Shown here: piece by piece, positions 1 to 12,500 of the stretch | How positions within the stretch are numbered: position 1 is the first letter of the stretch | How the letters are laid out: the number at the start of each line of letters is the position of its first letter | Origin: a virus | Virus record (IMG/VR): IMGVR_UViG_3300044846_002555 | Span: 64,001-128,000 of that record | Direction: 5' to 3' (one strand) | DNA: 64,000 nucleotides | The notes under the pieces: generated by a model | The model's input: only the letters and a program-made list of their open reading frames with translations | The model's database searches: none | Told to the model about the DNA's origin: nothing | Made by a program: the position numbers and the translations under genes

Positions 1-2
1 TT

Positions 3-3000
3 GAGGTTGAGCCGTTATGGGGTCAACCTGAAATATGTAATTTGGGTATAACAAGAACTGATTTTGATTTATCTAAAGAATCCGGTATTGATATTAGACC
101 AACATCCATCTTTATGGGTTCGATTGTTTCAAGTAACGATGACGAAGCCCTTCCAAGAAATTGTAAACCCCGACTTAAATCCGGTTCACAATGTACTTTA
201 GTGACCGGTCCGGGAGAAATATTGGCTATAAGACAAACTATTTTTTTAGACGCTCAAGGTAAACCAATTTTAGAGACAGTGGATTTAGAAGAGGGTGGTC
301 AAGTTATTGATGATAATGGTGCGTGGTTAGTAGATGTCCCAATGAATTTGGATTATTTAATAACTAATGAGTTTGGTGAACAAGTTATATCTGATGACCC
401 TAAAAAAGGTATTCCAACTAAAGGTAAATATCGTTTCAAAGTTAAATGGAATCAATCACCATCAATATCAGAACCTGTTAGAAGAGGGTATTTTTTAGTA
501 CCAAATGTTAAAGAACATGGTTGGACTAATAGTGGTTCAAACCCAAACGCAACACTTAAAAAAAAGTCATACGCGTTTAGTTTAGATTGGGATGATTATG
601 TTGATTTTCAATCGGCAATAGATTGTACAGATACGTTTTATTTAATGCAATATAATAAAGTTTATACTGTCTCTCAATTAGTTGACCAATATAGAAAAGG
701 TTATTTAAATACACAATTTATAGGTATTAAAAATATTTTAGATGAATCTTGTGAAAGTGAAAATAACAAGTTCCCAACAAATGATGGTGTTTTTAGGTTT
801 GACTTAATTTATTTTTTATTTTGGATTATGTTATTTTTATTCAGACCGGTTTTTATATCATTAATACCTGTTATTCATATTCTTTGGTTTGTTCTTAAAA
901 TTTTAGCATTACTTTTAACAGTGATTATCGCTATTATTATGACAGTTGTTATTTTAATTTGTAATATTTTATATGGTATTGTAAGTGTTTTGGCTAATTT
1001 ACCTAATTGGTTAGGTGGTAAAACATTTAAAAAATGGAAAGATAAATTGGATTGTCCTACTTTTGCGGATTTAAATAAAATGATAAAGGATATTAATGAA
1101 TTTCCTGATAAATTAAAAAACATTAAAATACCTAATTTATCATATCCTGAATGTTCATTTTGTGATTGTGGGGATAACAGTAATTTACCTAAAGATGAAC
1201 CGGGTGTGGAACAGTTAGCGGTAGATACTGAAGATGTTACACAATATGAAGGGGTTGGTACGTCGTTACTAACACCATTTCAAATTTCTTCACAATATGG
1301 TAATAAACCTAGCTATTCAGGAACATCAGGTAACCCTGGTATTTATAGCTCAGATTCTAACTATCAGTTTATGTTTGCGGGGCAATCTTTAGGGTTTACT
1401 GAACAGGAAACTTTAACGGTTTCTACTAGAGTACCTGAAATGGTGATATCTACAAATAATGATGAGAATACCGCGGCTAGTGGTACATCAGAACCTGATT
1501 CACCAGAGTTTGCATATTTCACATCAAGTTTAACTATACCTGAAAGATTAAATTTATTTAACACCAAGGCAAAATATTTTAATGAAAGTCCTAGTAATCC
1601 GGGAGGTGGTGTTAATAGAATTAAAGTAACATTTCAACCGAATTTGAATAATCCATTAACTAAATTTCACTATGATAATGTAATCGCGATTGTTTGTACA
1701 CCAAATGCTACTAATTTAGAACCTGGTACCATGTTGTCTTTCCAAGATTTTGCACTATCAAAAGATAAAAATGTTATTAATACCGGAACAACATTAAATG
1801 AGTATGGTACAAATACCATTACAGGTACGACAATAAATAGTGGGTCAACAACTAATCCCGGAACAATAAAAATTAACTATGCGAATCCGAATGGTTCGGG
1901 TAATATGCCTACAGAGGTAGAATATCAAATTGTTACTTTTTCAGGTGACCCTAAATATGCTAGATTCCCTATGGATGTTGAATATTTTCAAGTTATTACA
2001 GGTATGACTTATTCTGAATATAGCGGAATGTGTAATAGTAACACGGCTTCATCACCTAATGATTGGAATAGTAATAATTCATTTAATAATAGGTTTTTAA
2101 GTAACGATATGAGATTTTATCGTATAACTCAATTTCAAACTGATGATACAGTAAGTGGGTTTCCTTGTGGTAGACCATTATCTTGGGATACTACTGAAAG
2201 GTTTTTTTCTCCTGTCGAGTATTATAAATCAATTGAGAAACAAAGAGTCATATTTTTAGTTAGAGGTGTTGACCCTAATTCATCTAGAACTAAAGTTCAA
2301 TATGATTTAAGTCGATTATTTGGTTATAATTTTGGTAATTCATCAACAATAATAACAGGTAATAATTATAAATTAAATTACCCAATTCAAGGTACTTTAA
2401 ATTGTGTTAATCATATTACCACAAGTAATTTAACATCTAATTTTTATTTTAATTCGTTTCGTTTTGAACCATCTATAACACCACCTCCACCAACAGTTCT
2501 ACCACCACTACCACCATTACCTGAAACGTTTGGTTTTAGTTCGTTCACGAGTAATCTACATACATTTTATTCTAATCTAGATTCGACAAATGGTAGTTTT
2601 ACTCCCGGACAAGGGGCTCTACCATTGTCGTCAGTCACATTACCATCATCTTCCCCAATTAAAGTGGTTAATGATTACATAAATAATTCTCCACCACCAT
2701 TTTCATTTTCGGATGGAACACAAGGTTGGAATGGGTTTATTGTTGAGTGGGATATTCAGTATACTCGTCTTGTTAATTGTGTTGGGCCTTTTACTAAACT
2801 TTATAATAGAAGGGCCGGTACTGAAAATGTGTCACCAACTGATAATAGAGGTTACTATCCTGGTGAGATTGTTGAGGGTGGTTCAATGTTTTATCAAAGA
2901 TTAAATATAAACCAAGCCATATCGCCAGACCCACTTTTACTTGATAATGTTTACTACGCACCAAAATATCCAAGCTCGGGAACAACACCTGCAGAAATTA

Positions 3001-4706
3001 CGGCAGCGTCTTTAATTTTTAATTTAAATAGTACGAATCAAACTAAAATAGTGATGAGGTCGGATAGATTACCGACTTCAACATTAGTTCAGAATAATTT
3101 AGGTAATAGTTTTCCGTTACATACAAATAGTAATTTTGTAATCTTTGTTGTGACTGATGATGGTGCGACTATTAATCAAAGTGTTGGTGGGACGGGGTCA
3201 TCAAGTGTATTTGTGGGAGAAGCAGGTGCTTTTGCTCCTGAACCAATTGTTGGCCCGGATGCTGAACCAGAGCTTGTTAATCAAATTTTAAAGTCATTTA
3301 ATTGTGGCGATATGGCACCGTTAGGTTGTTATTATAGTGATGAACCTTCTCCGGGTAAATATAATTTAAAAATATACGATAAAGGAAATCCTTGTTGGAG
3401 TTTTGGTTCCGGTAAAGTTAAGTTTGACGGTGGTTGCTATATATTGATTACTCAACCAATACTTTCTTTATTATCGGGTCAAGATTTTCAAGTAGTGTTT
3501 GAATGGACAAATAGGATTCAAGTAATGTTTGGTGCGTGTAGAAACGTATTTTCACATTTATTTACGAACAATTGGATTAATGGGGTTCTTTATCCTTTTT
3601 CATTTTCTAATGATATTGTTTTCAATAGTCAAAATCGACCTGTGAGTAGAATTTGTAGTGAAAATATTTATTTTGACCAAGATACCAATAATTTTTATTA
3701 TAGAAGTAGTCCTTGGAATGATAGTACTTCTGAATTTGTTGGTATGGATAGACCAGAACCGAATCCTATTATAAGTGGTATATTTGGTGGTTATGGAGGT
3801 AATTTAAAAAATTTAAAATATCCAACAACTATCATGGATTTAGGTCCAAGAAACTTATATATACAAGAATTGGTCATGTCTGATGATTTTGATGGGTATG
3901 TTGCTAATCGATTAAATACGTCAAGTTATGGTGATGTTTCTGAATTATTAAATCTTTTAATTATTACAAGATTAGCTAGTCCCGGATTTTTGGAAAGAAT
4001 TGGGGTAACTAATGTCGGTATCCTATCATTTTTCAGTAGAACTAAACTTATGATTGATGGTGATTACGCTCAAATGATTGCAATTAATTCTGAATTATCG
4101 GTGGCGCCGTTCCAATCGTTAAATTATCCTGACAATCCTGCTGGACAGCAAAACCCAATATATTATAACCCGTCAAGTGATATTAATAAGGTGGTGTTTG
4201 GTGTTTTCTTTTCTTCAGATACTCAAACGCGAGATTTTATATCACCAAAAAGAACGATTATTGACCCTGATGGGATTGCGAATCAACCGTGTACTTTTAG
4301 TTATTTTTCGGTATTCACTCAAACGGTTCCATTTTATCAATGGAATATAAAACCAGATGACACCAATAGTATTTTTGGGTCTCAAAAAAATGGGTGGTAT
4401 ACTAATCCAATAAACAATCCGGCATTTTTTAATTATCCTTATCAATTGTTAGACAGAATTGAACCTTCATCAAGATATATGAGAACATCTCAAAGTCCTG
4501 AAAACAAATACTTTAAAGGTTATATTTATTCTGTTTATCCTGATGGAACATTAAATCCGGAGTTTAACTCTATTGAATCAAATTCATACGATGACAGATT
4601 GTTTAATACCGGAGCTCCGTTTTATTTTTATTTTGGATTGAAAAAAGGTAAATCGGCATTTGATAGATTCACAACTAAATGGTTAGATACAACAACAACA
4701 TTATAA
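3..4706 (+). CDS. large putative virion (tail/baseplate) protein, 5'-truncated, with internal hydrophobic hairpin
   Basis: Frame is open from base 3 (EVEPLWGQPEICNLGITR...), so the true start lies upstream of the window; >1550 aa, Cys/Asn/Thr-rich; ~65-aa hydrophobic stretch FDLIYFLFWIML...ILYGIVSVL; first gene of a tightly coupled structural operon. Confidence 0.55.
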   Translation, partial: EVEPLWGQPEICNLGITRTDFDLSKESGIDIRPTSIFMGSIVSSNDDEALPRNCKPRLKSGSQCTLVTGPGEILAIRQTIFLDAQGKPILETVDLEEGGQVIDDNGAWLVDVPMNLDYLITNEFGEQVISDDPKKGIPTKGKYRFKVKWNQSPSISEPVRRGYFLVPNVKEHGWTNSGSNPNATLKKKSYAFSLDWDDYVDFQSAIDCTDTFYLMQYNKVYTVSQLVDQYRKGYLNTQFIGIKNILDESCESENNKFPTNDGVFRFDLIYFLFWIMLFLFRPVFISLIPVIHILWFVLKILALLLTVIIAIIMTVVILICNILYGIVSVLANLPNWLGGKTFKKWKDKLDCPTFADLNKMIKDINEFPDKLKNIKIPNLSYPECSFCDCGDNSNLPKDEPGVEQLAVDTEDVTQYEGVGTSLLTPFQISSQYGNKPSYSGTSGNPGIYSSDSNYQFMFAGQSLGFTEQETLTVSTRVPEMVISTNNDENTAASGTSEPDSPEFAYFTSSLTIPERLNLFNTKAKYFNESPSNPGGGVNRIKVTFQPNLNNPLTKFHYDNVIAIVCTPNATNLEPGTMLSFQDFALSKDKNVINTGTTLNEYGTNTITGTTINSGSTTNPGTIKINYANPNGSGNMPTEVEYQIVTFSGDPKYARFPMDVEYFQVITGMTYSEYSGMCNSNTASSPNDWNSNNSFNNRFLSNDMRFYRITQFQTDDTVSGFPCGRPLSWDTTERFFSPVEYYKSIEKQRVIFLVRGVDPNSSRTKVQYDLSRLFGYNFGNSSTIITGNNYKLNYPIQGTLNCVNHITTSNLTSNFYFNSFRFEPSITPPPPTVLPPLPPLPETFGFSSFTSNLHTFYSNLDSTNGSFTPGQGALPLSSVTLPSSSPIKVVNDYINNSPPPFSFSDGTQGWNGFIVEWDIQYTRLVNCVGPFTKLYNRRAGTENVSPTDNRGYYPGEIVEGGSMFYQRLNINQAISPDPLLLDNVYYAPKYPSSGTTPAEITAASLIFNLNSTNQTKIVMRSDRLPTSTLVQNNLGNSFPLHTNSNFVIFVVTDDGATINQSVGGTGSSSVFVGEAGAFAPEPIVGPDAEPELVNQILKSFNCGDMAPLGCYYSDEPSPGKYNLKIYDKGNPCWSFGSGKVKFDGGCYILITQPILSLLSGQDFQVVFEWTNRIQVMFGACRNVFSHLFTNNWINGVLYPFSFSNDIVFNSQNRPVSRICSENIYFDQDTNNFYYRSSPWNDSTSEFVGMDRPEPNPIISGIFGGYGGNLKNLKYPTTIMDLGPRNLYIQELVMSDDFDGYVANRLNTSSYGDVSELLNLLIITRLASPGFLERIGVTNVGILSFFSRTKLMIDGDYAQMIAINSELSVAPFQSLNYPDNPAGQQNPIYYNPSSDINKVVFGVFFSSDTQTRDFISPKRTIIDPDGIANQPCTFSYFSVFTQTVPFYQWNIKPDDTNSIFGSQKNGWYTNPINNPAFFNYPYQLLDRIEPSSRYMRTSQSPENKYFKGYIYSVYPDGTLNPEFNSIESNSYDDRLFNTGAPFYFYFGLKKGKSAFDRFTTKWLDTTTTL

Positions 4707-4707
4707 T

Positions 4708-6570
4708 ATGGGAAATAGAATTGATACTAGAGTAATTTTAGGTTCTTTACGATATAAATCGGCACCGGACACCAATCTGATGTTCAATGTTCCATTAGTT
4801 CAAACCGCTCAAATAAATGTTGAATTTGATAGGAATATTGATGTTAGTTTGGAACAAGTGTTTGATGATGAAAGACAAAAATCTGACATATTTAGACCTA
4901 CCTGTAAATTTTCATTATTATTTAATAATTCATATACAGGTAGTACGGATTACATGCCATTTGAAAATAATCTGTATTATGTTAATGAAGCTCAAGCGGC
5001 TGCGGATAATTGTACCCCAACTGGTATAAATCCAAGTGTTATTTGGTCAGGATTTCCACAATATAATGAATTTGATTTCATTAGAACTGATTACAATGTT
5101 CCGGGTTATACTCAACCACCATATAATCATTTGACGTTTGTAAGCAAAAGTGCTTCAACATATAATTGGACACATTATGTTAGTTATCCATTTGAAAATG
5201 ATTATCAAAAACAATTAAACGCAATTATAAAAATACCTTCAATTTCAAACGCTGTTACATTAGATTGGGTTGCTTCAGATGGTATTCCTTTTGTGGTTGA
5301 AAATGATGATACAACAGTATACAACGGAAGAGGGATTATTAAATGTATATGTCCGATGAAACACGGATTAATACCGGGAGAATTTGTTAAATTAAATTTT
5401 AATTATAATGGGGTTGATACTTTTGAAGTATATAGTTTAGGTGATGGAAAATACGAAAGTGATTTATATGTTTTTAACATTTTTAATGTTGGGTTTACAG
5501 GAACAACATTTACTACAGGAACAGAAGGGACGTTTAAACGAATTATAAACAGTGATAACCCAAGTGATACTATCTCAACATATTATGTTAGAAGACATAA
5601 AATTTTAACAAACCCTGATAATGCGATTTTAGTAAATGCGGGATTTGACCAAAATATTTTTGGCGTTAAGAAAAAATATGAAAGTAGTGGTTTTACACCT
5701 AACAGAATTGCTAGAGTTTCAATAAAGGAAGGTGCTCAATCTTACACATTATCATTTGATAAAGACGTTAAAATTAATGATTTAATTGATAATCAAAAAA
5801 GACCTTTAACTGAATTATTTTTTACAACAATTTGGAAAGGTTATTTTGGTTATACGTTTGGTAGGTTAATTGGACCGGGATTGGGTTATCAGGGTATGAA
5901 GTTTGGTTATGATTTTAATTTACCTTTAAATCCCCAAACTAAATTACCTTCATATTGGTGGAGTGAACTAAATAATAATTCGGATACAAACATTCCAATA
6001 GATACCTATGTGAATACAACGTTAGGACCAAATGGTTTACCATTGGCTCAATATAATGGAGTACCAATAGTTTTCACATATAATAGGTCTTTAAAGGAAG
6101 GTGATACTTTAGATGGTGATTATTGTGAGTGGAATAATTTTGAACAAACAGAAAGAGTTATATCTAATTTATATCATAAGATAACGTATAACGCAAAAGT
6201 ATTTAATATTGGAAGACCAACTAGTTCAACAGGTTATCGTATGTCTTTGGACAATCCTTACGGGTATTATTATCAACCACATAATAGTTTAACTATTAGA
6301 CAATTCTCAGATTACATTGAGGAGGGAGATAAGAAAAATGTGGTGGATGTTCCTAATTATGCGTATTACTCTCCAAGTAAAGATACTTTTTTATGGAAGG
6401 ATTTATATAGTTACGGATTTATTGATTCTAATAATATTGGGGTTAATTATCCATTTTTAAATGGGTCTCATTACCCTTATACAAATATTATTTTTAGAAT
6501 AATACCTGAAGGTACTAATTATAATGAACAGACAATAACCGCAGAACCAATAATAGACGATTGTGAGTAA
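4708..6570 (+). CDS. putative virion structural protein
   Basis: 620-aa ORF, aromatic/Asn-rich, 1 nt after the previous stop. Confidence 0.5.
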   Translation: MGNRIDTRVILGSLRYKSAPDTNLMFNVPLVQTAQINVEFDRNIDVSLEQVFDDERQKSDIFRPTCKFSLLFNNSYTGSTDYMPFENNLYYVNEAQAAADNCTPTGINPSVIWSGFPQYNEFDFIRTDYNVPGYTQPPYNHLTFVSKSASTYNWTHYVSYPFENDYQKQLNAIIKIPSISNAVTLDWVASDGIPFVVENDDTTVYNGRGIIKCICPMKHGLIPGEFVKLNFNYNGVDTFEVYSLGDGKYESDLYVFNIFNVGFTGTTFTTGTEGTFKRIINSDNPSDTISTYYVRRHKILTNPDNAILVNAGFDQNIFGVKKKYESSGFTPNRIARVSIKEGAQSYTLSFDKDVKINDLIDNQKRPLTELFFTTIWKGYFGYTFGRLIGPGLGYQGMKFGYDFNLPLNPQTKLPSYWWSELNNNSDTNIPIDTYVNTTLGPNGLPLAQYNGVPIVFTYNRSLKEGDTLDGDYCEWNNFEQTERVISNLYHKITYNAKVFNIGRPTSSTGYRMSLDNPYGYYYQPHNSLTIRQFSDYIEEGDKKNVVDVPNYAYYSPSKDTFLWKDLYSYGFIDSNNIGVNYPFLNGSHYPYTNIIFRIIPEGTNYNEQTITAEPIIDDCE

Positions 6571-7363
6571 TAAATTTAGATTTGTAATCCCAAATGATGA
6601 ACAGTACATTCTTTTACCGATTGAACTGAAGTGGGATATGTATGGACAAGAAGATAGTATTGAACTTTATGAGGAAGATGTTATCAAGGATATCATTGGT
6701 GTTGCTGAAGATTTTGAGTTATTGAGATTTTCACATAAACCATATGATAATGATACAAAAACAGATGTTAAATATGATTTTCATTTCTATAGTGGTAATG
6801 TTAATAATGTTACGACCGCAACAAGTAATGATTGGGTGAATAGTTATTTACCTGAAGGATTTGATAAGAGTGAAATATATTATTATGAAAAACCTTTTAC
6901 CAAGTCATTCTTTAAATTGGATTTCTATGATACAATGGATGGTAAATCACAAACTAATTATTTCACAATAATTATCCCTGTTCAACAGGGGTTTACGGAA
7001 TTGGTTACATTATCTCCTTACATTCCGGATGTTTTAATTAAACGTCCATCTTACAAATTAGATTTTGTTGGTGATAAGGAAGGTTTTTTCATTTATTGGT
7101 TAAAGAATATTAAGTTTTATAATTTAACTACTTTTTATATGAGTGCTAAATTTTTTGATGGTAAGTTAGGTGTGTTTGTTAAAATGATGAAAGTACCTCA
7201 ATCATCACCATTGATTCCAAGTGCTTTCGAGTTTGAATCAAAGTATTTTTATTATAAAGTTAATTTAGATTATGTTAATAAAACATATGAGATTTTAGAT
7301 GAGTTAAATGTTAGAGTAGGAACAACTAGTTCCATAAAATGGTATGAATATATAAATCCATAA
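6563..7363 (+). CDS. hypothetical (probable structural) protein
   Basis: 266-aa ORF overlapping both neighbours. Confidence 0.5.
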   Translation: MSNKFRFVIPNDEQYILLPIELKWDMYGQEDSIELYEEDVIKDIIGVAEDFELLRFSHKPYDNDTKTDVKYDFHFYSGNVNNVTTATSNDWVNSYLPEGFDKSEIYYYEKPFTKSFFKLDFYDTMDGKSQTNYFTIIIPVQQGFTELVTLSPYIPDVLIKRPSYKLDFVGDKEGFFIYWLKNIKFYNLTTFYMSAKFFDGKLGVFVKMMKVPQSSPLIPSAFEFESKYFYYKVNLDYVNKTYEILDELNVRVGTTSSIKWYEYINP

Positions 7364-8589
7364 TGAGTGCAAATACTTATCGTATAAGAATATCTCCTGA
7401 AGTAATTAATGGTGATGTTTTTAAAATTAGTTATATCGGAGACCCGTATCTTGAACAACAAAAAATACCATTTTGTTGTGATATCTATACTCGTGAGGTG
7501 ACCAAGTATATTGATGGGAATGCTTATGTATATTCGTCAATGACTCAAATATTAACAGGTGCGACAGGAACAACCGCGACTTCTAATATTTCAAAAGCAA
7601 CACTCAAACGAGGTACATCATTATTAACAGGAATGACTATTCCAATATTAATAACTGAAAATACTGTGGACGTTGGATATTATTCTGTATTTGATGGTAT
7701 GATTGTTCAACAAGAAGTTATGACTAACTTTTTATTTTCGGCTAATACCGCATTCCCCTATACGTACAATTTTTATAATACTTCAGATGTTGAATTTAAA
7801 AAATATTTAGAGTTTTCATCTTATGAAATAGATTGGGGTGATGGAACACCAAAACAAACGGTTACAAATGTCAGTCCTAATTTTTATTCGCATCCATACT
7901 CACAATCCGGTGAATTTACGATTAGTATGTCAGGTATGAGTCCGTGGGGTTCTAATGTGGTAAAGAAAACGGTTACAGTACCATTTACTAATACGACTAT
8001 ATTAGACCCAAAAGGTACGACTTGTTTTACTCCAATGGGTGGTAGTTGGTCGGCAACACCAATTTGTTATGACTTTATTTATAGTGGTGATACGAGTTGT
8101 GAAACTTATCAAAGTGGTATTAATCCTTATTTAACCGTACCATTAGTTGTTAGTGGATACACTCAATCAACTGTATCGGATTTAAGAGTTTATGGTAACA
8201 AATCTACTTTAGTTGATGGATATTATAAGATTGGTGTTCAAATAACAGGCACAACAGGTGTTGTTGGAACATATTGGGGGGGAAGTGCAAACGGTAATCA
8301 ATTATACACCGGGTATACAATAAATGGAGTTGATTACTATGATTATAGTGATGGAACAACACTCTTTGTGGTTAGTGGTGTAACACCGATAGACACGGTA
8401 TGTGAACCAATTGTAAAAAATGAGGCATTATTAAATGTAATTGATGAGCCGGAAGTTCAATCCAATGTGTTCATTGAACGGGGAAAAGTTTCTGGATTTG
8501 AATCAATGGAACGATTAGGTGAAGTAGATAATTTGGGTGACCTTGAAAAATATGGGTATAAGTTTTTTAATATAATTAAAATTGATTAA
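7363..8589 (+). CDS. PKD/Ig-like domain virion protein
   Basis: PKD-like signature IDWGDGT...HPYSQSGEFTISMSG; TAATG coupling to the upstream gene. Confidence 0.55.
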   Translation: MSANTYRIRISPEVINGDVFKISYIGDPYLEQQKIPFCCDIYTREVTKYIDGNAYVYSSMTQILTGATGTTATSNISKATLKRGTSLLTGMTIPILITENTVDVGYYSVFDGMIVQQEVMTNFLFSANTAFPYTYNFYNTSDVEFKKYLEFSSYEIDWGDGTPKQTVTNVSPNFYSHPYSQSGEFTISMSGMSPWGSNVVKKTVTVPFTNTTILDPKGTTCFTPMGGSWSATPICYDFIYSGDTSCETYQSGINPYLTVPLVVSGYTQSTVSDLRVYGNKSTLVDGYYKIGVQITGTTGVVGTYWGGSANGNQLYTGYTINGVDYYDYSDGTTLFVVSGVTPIDTVCEPIVKNEALLNVIDEPEVQSNVFIERGKVSGFESMERLGEVDNLGDLEKYGYKFFNIIKID

Positions 8590-8664
8590 AAACATAAATT
8601 TGATATTTATCAATATGAAACAAAAAAACACTAAAAATAATAAATTAATTAAAAAAGAAATATA

Positions 8665-9582
8665 ATGGCGACTGGCACCTATGGAACTATAAGACCCGCA
8701 GATGTATCACCCGAAGATGTGGACATCATTCTTAATTATACACCATCAAGAGATGAAACAGATAATTTTGTATTAACAAAGTTAGATGCGGTATCTATAT
8801 TGAGACCTTATTTTAATAATTCACAGACAAATCCTTCAAGTCCTAACCCTAATGTAGAAATATTAGGTGGGTTATACAATTTAAGATTGCCTGCGGAACA
8901 ATTTAACCAATTAGGTATCTACACCTTATACATAAGACCTGCGGAGATTAGAACGAGTATATTAGATTGTGGTGTGTTATCATCATTACCTAACGTAAAA
9001 GGACTTGTTATTGATTTAAATAATGTTCCAAGTCAATTTAGAAATAAATTTGTTAATCAAGGTTTAGTTGGTTTTAGAATTGAGTATTTAAACTCTGATG
9101 GAACAAAAATACCTAATTTTTTTAGAATTGTAACATCATCATTCTTTTGTGAACCGGTTGTACAAAATTTAACAAATACTTCACAAAAAGCAATTAGATA
9201 TAGATATACTGATAACAATACAAATTTAATCTTTTGTACTGTTTCTCCGTCGTCATCTCCGACAAACAAACCAAATGCGACCCCATATATTGGGCAGCCA
9301 AATCAAACTATTATAATGTCTAATACCTTCTTTAATCCGATAACACTTGATATTGAGATTGCAGACCAAGATTTCTCAACATTGGCAATTGCTCTTTATG
9401 GTAATCAAACTAAATCTATGGATGATGGTATTTACACTATTTACGACGCGAATAACAACATTTACCAACAATATAATCTATACGAAATTAGAGACCAATT
9501 TAATACGTTATTATATGAAGTTAGACAAAATAGAGGTGATAATATTGATTTTAGTAAAAACTTTACAAACATAACTGAATAA
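8665..9582 (+). CDS. putative virion structural protein
   Basis: 305-aa ORF preceded by TATTTAT (8604-8610), TAATG-coupled to the next gene. Confidence 0.5.
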   Translation: MATGTYGTIRPADVSPEDVDIILNYTPSRDETDNFVLTKLDAVSILRPYFNNSQTNPSSPNPNVEILGGLYNLRLPAEQFNQLGIYTLYIRPAEIRTSILDCGVLSSLPNVKGLVIDLNNVPSQFRNKFVNQGLVGFRIEYLNSDGTKIPNFFRIVTSSFFCEPVVQNLTNTSQKAIRYRYTDNNTNLIFCTVSPSSSPTNKPNATPYIGQPNQTIIMSNTFFNPITLDIEIADQDFSTLAIALYGNQTKSMDDGIYTIYDANNNIYQQYNLYEIRDQFNTLLYEVRQNRGDNIDFSKNFTNITE

Positions 9583-12500
9583 TGGCATTACAAAAATTTA
9601 CATGTCCTCCACAAGGTCCATCCGGTGCAAGTTCATTCTCTGATGATTTAGTTGGTTTCCAACTAGTTACGGGGGGTGGTTTGACACAGGGTAATTTTGA
9701 ATTTGCGACTTCTTTTAACGAAAAGACAAATAGAAAGTTTAACACAGGTACATTCTCCGACCCAATCAGTTTAGAAGGGTTAGGATTAGAGAGTACACTT
9801 CAGTCAAGAACTATATTTGAAAATAACTTTAAAGTTTATCCAAATTTTGATTTAAGTCAAATTACTAATTTTACTCAATACGGGTCTTTAGTGAAAAGAT
9901 TATCCACAGCAGTTGAAACAATCATCGCAAAATTCCCTGCGGCGCTTGAAGCAACCCTTATGGGTGAGAACTATATTAAAGGAGAAACGGCAACAAATAT
10001 AAGTTATAATGAGATTGACAATATTACTAGTTTTGATTTAGATGTCGCTCGTTTAAGGAATCCTTTTGCGATTGATTTTACTATTAACTCAACTAGAAAC
10101 CTTGAATTAAAAGAGATTCAGGTATCTTCGCTTAGAGATATGACGGTTCAATACGCTAATTATAGTTTATATTATAATGGTAATGGATATAATGTAACTG
10201 CGATTATTCCAACAACATCGATGACATCGGGGACTTTAAACATAAGTGTTAGTGGTCATCCATTTCCATTTCAAACAGTTACTTTTGATGATTTAGTTAT
10301 TAGACCAAATGATTATGAGGTTAATAGAATTTTCAATGAACATTTAGATGAGGTTGAAAATTTTCTTTTAAATAGAAATGTTACACCAAAATACACTGCG
10401 AGTTTTAATGTGCCAAGAGACGCTGAAGATGGAACATATTTTTCTTCACAGGAATTTATAACATTCCCATTAAATGGTTCTTGGAATTTAGATATTGTAA
10501 CAAATGCGTTCACCAATTATTTAGTTCAATTAAATGATATTGGTGTATCAATGGATGAGTATAAAACCAACATTGTTGCAAGATTTTTAACTACCGGTGC
10601 GTTCCAAGAGTTTGACACAATAGGTCAAAAAATGGAAAAGGTATTACAAATTTACGGTAGAAGTTTTGACGAAACAAATAAATTCATAAGTGCGTTAGCG
10701 TTTATGAACTCAGTTCATTATAACCCTGGTGATGATATCCCATCTCAGTTACTTAAAAACTTAGCGCAAACATTAGGTTGGCAAACAAATATGTCACCTG
10801 TATCTACAGATGATTTTTTAAGTTCAGTTTTTGGTCAAACAAATACTGATAGGTCTCAATATCCGGGTATTTCAGATGCTACAACACCTGATGAGTTAAA
10901 TTATCAATATTATAGAAACTTAATATTAAACTCGGCATATTTGTTTAAATCAAAAGGTACAAGAAAATCAATTGAAACGTTAATGGCTTTAATTGGTGCC
11001 CCTGACGCTTTAGTTGAATTTAACGAATACATTTATTTAGCTGACCAAAGAATTAATGTTAATCAATTCAACACACAGTTTGCTCAAATATCAGGTGGTA
11101 CGTATACTCAAGAACTACCAACACTTGAGGCGGGTAATACATATAGATTAAGAGATATTGAATATACTGGTTTTACAACAACCACAGTAATTAAAGATGT
11201 TAATATAACTAAAGACGAGTATCCAATGGATGATTTAGGATTTCCTAAAGCACCACCAAATACTGAGGATTTTTTCTTTGAAAAAGGTAGTGGTTGGTTT
11301 GAACAAACACCAAAACATAGAGCTCCTGAAGAAGTAAGTTTTACTAATAGTGTATTTACAGGTGCAAATCCTAATTATCAAACAGTTCTAACACCATATA
11401 GTTATGGTCAAGAATATTTTAATAGGTTTAGAGATTTTCCTTTTATGACTTTAGGGTATAATCTAACTCAAACTATTGATAATAATAAAAGTTGGGTTGA
11501 TACCGAAGTTGGACTACGTTCAAATTTAGAAGGTGGATACAACGCAAGATATTTTACAACAAACGATGCGTTAGTTCTTAATGCCAAAAATACCGATTTA
11601 TTTTTGAATCCGGCTCAAGGTCTTTCATATGATGTATGGACTATGTCAAGGGAATATAATTTCCCAATACCAAATGAAGGTTTAAATTATATTCAACCAA
11701 CATATTGTGACCCGAATCCGGTATCTAATTATCCAATGAGAGGTGGTGTGGATTGGACAGAAATAAATCCACAACCAAAACGTAAGACATTCTTTGAGTT
11801 TGCTCAAACATTTTGGAAAAACATGATTAATGTTAGAAATAGACAATTCTCAACTGACGGTAAAACAATGGGGTATCCAACCCTTCAGTCAATTTATTGG
11901 AAATATTTAGACGCTCAAAAATTAGCCGGAGTACCGGATGGTAGTTTCAACTATACTAATATGATTGAGTATGTAGATGGAATGGGTGATTATTGGGTGA
12001 GATTAGTTGAACAAATGGTTCCAGCAAGTACAATATGGAATACGGGTGTTAAATATGAAAACTCTATCTTTCATAGACAAAAATTTGTTTGGAGAAGACA
12101 AGAAGGTTGTCAATTAATACCAGTTCCTTGTAACCCATGTTCAATGGTTAGTAACCTTTACACTTATGACTGTGATGTTCAGTCAGTACAATGTTCTATC
12201 TATCCATGGCAAACTAATCCTCTATTGACAGAATTTAGTGCGGTGTTAGGATATCTGTTAACTAATTATTTGGAGCCACAAGGTTATGAGTTAGATGATT
12301 GTAAACTGAATACTTTAAAAAGTACTTGGTATGTGGTGTTAAGTTTAGATGATGTTGAAATAGTTCAAAATCAATTCTTTACAGGTACAGGATATACAAA
12401 CACTGATTTGAGTTCACCAACAACGGCTCAATGGAACACCGCATTAGAAACTGCATTAAATGGTTTAGATTTGTACGGTTATGAGTATATTTTAAATGAT

